Below, in pieces: positions 63,860-64,000 of a DNA stretch of 64,000 nucleotides. Made by a program: the position numbers and the translations under genes. How positions within the stretch are numbered: position 1 is the stretch's first letter; every line of letters begins with the position of its first letter. Under the pieces are notes generated by a model. It searched no databases and had not been told where the DNA came from. It was given only the letters and a program-made list of their open reading frames with translations. The DNA lies in NCBI GenBank assembly GCA_041501125.1, contig JBGQNO010000002.1, forward strand, positions 10,287 through 74,286. The letters run 5' to 3'. This DNA is from Candidatus Nanoarchaeia archaeon. GTDB taxonomy: Archaea > Nanobdellota > Nanobdellia > Pacearchaeales > GW2011-AR1.

Positions 63860-63931
63860 AGCCTCCAGAGAGATTTGAACTCCCGACCCCCTGTTTACAA
63901 AACAGATGCTCTGCCACTGAGCTATGGAGGC
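63860..63931 (-). tRNA. tRNA-Thr(UGU)
   Basis: Acceptor GCCTCCA/TGGAGGC, D-arm GCTC-AGTGGCA-GAGC, anticodon arm TCTGT-TTTGTAA-ACAGG, T-arm GGGAG-TTCAAAT-CTCTC, U73. Confidence 0.88.
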
Positions 63932-63956
63932 AAGTCTATCTTACACTTGTATTCCG

Positions 63957-63985
63957 AGCCTCCTAGCGAATTGAGCTATGGAGGC
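63957..63985 (-). pseudogene. collapsed tRNA-Thr(UGU)-like fragment (minihelix)
   Basis: GCCTCCATAGCTCA-ATTCGCTA-GGAGGC-T repeats the first 14 nt of the tRNA lying 54 nt downstream. It ends in an acceptor-3'-like GGAGGCT. Confidence 0.5.
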
Positions 63986-64000
63986 GACTATTAAAAAAGC

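Noticed and set aside
63664-63994. Four short ORFs (61-76 aa) on both strands at the window end.
   Set aside because: They overlap tRNA-Thr(UGU), its trailer repeat and the tRNA fragment. Their translations have no motifs.
1-64000. CRISPR arrays, rRNA genes, transposases or integrases, and reverse transcriptases.
   Set aside because: I saw no regularly spaced direct repeats, no rRNA-like conserved stretches and no recombinase or RT motifs in any supplied translation. The only mobile-type genes are the two LAGLIDADG endonucleases.

Overview
AT-rich, gene-dense archaeal window, probably from a small-genome DPANN-type archaeon. It carries archaeal replication, transcription and translation genes beside bacterial-type LeuRS and AlaRS, many intron-bearing tRNAs, and very large secreted proteins. 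All calls come from reading the supplied translations and the DNA by eye; no homology search, tRNA scanner or RNA folding was run. Core content: a replication set (PolB, FEN1, RFC small and large, GINS, OB-fold SSB-like protein); CDC48, MetAP2 and an m5C RNA methyltransferase with a NIP7-like partner; TFB, TFE, Alba and an Sm protein; ribosomal proteins S17e, S8e, L44e, S3Ae and a tiny L41e gene missing from the ORF track; GlyRS, LeuRS and AlaRS; a two-subunit 2-oxoacid:ferredoxin oxidoreductase; and tRNA-processing enzymes (EndA, RNase Z, Trm5). I found ten tRNA genes by hand, none encoding CCA and four with introns. Most unusual observations: (1) two free-standing LAGLIDADG endonuclease genes sit directly 5' of tRNA genes and read into them. 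One is bracketed by a direct duplication of the tRNA-Glu promoter plus 5' end, and a third tRNA carries a similar 5'-fragment footprint. (2) A conserved repeat-rich trailer follows three tRNA genes. (3) A roughly 45-nt hairpin plus AT-palindrome element occurs at least 7 times, always on the + strand. (4) An operon encodes a 610-aa protein with a pilin-like signal and a 1781-aa Cys-rich secreted giant. (5) There is a cluster of signal-peptide polytopic membrane paralogs. (6) A HerA-like ATPase is paired with an alpha/beta hydrolase. (7) There are MNT/HEPN- and AbrB-nucleotidyltransferase-type modules. No rRNA genes, CRISPR arrays or inteins were seen.
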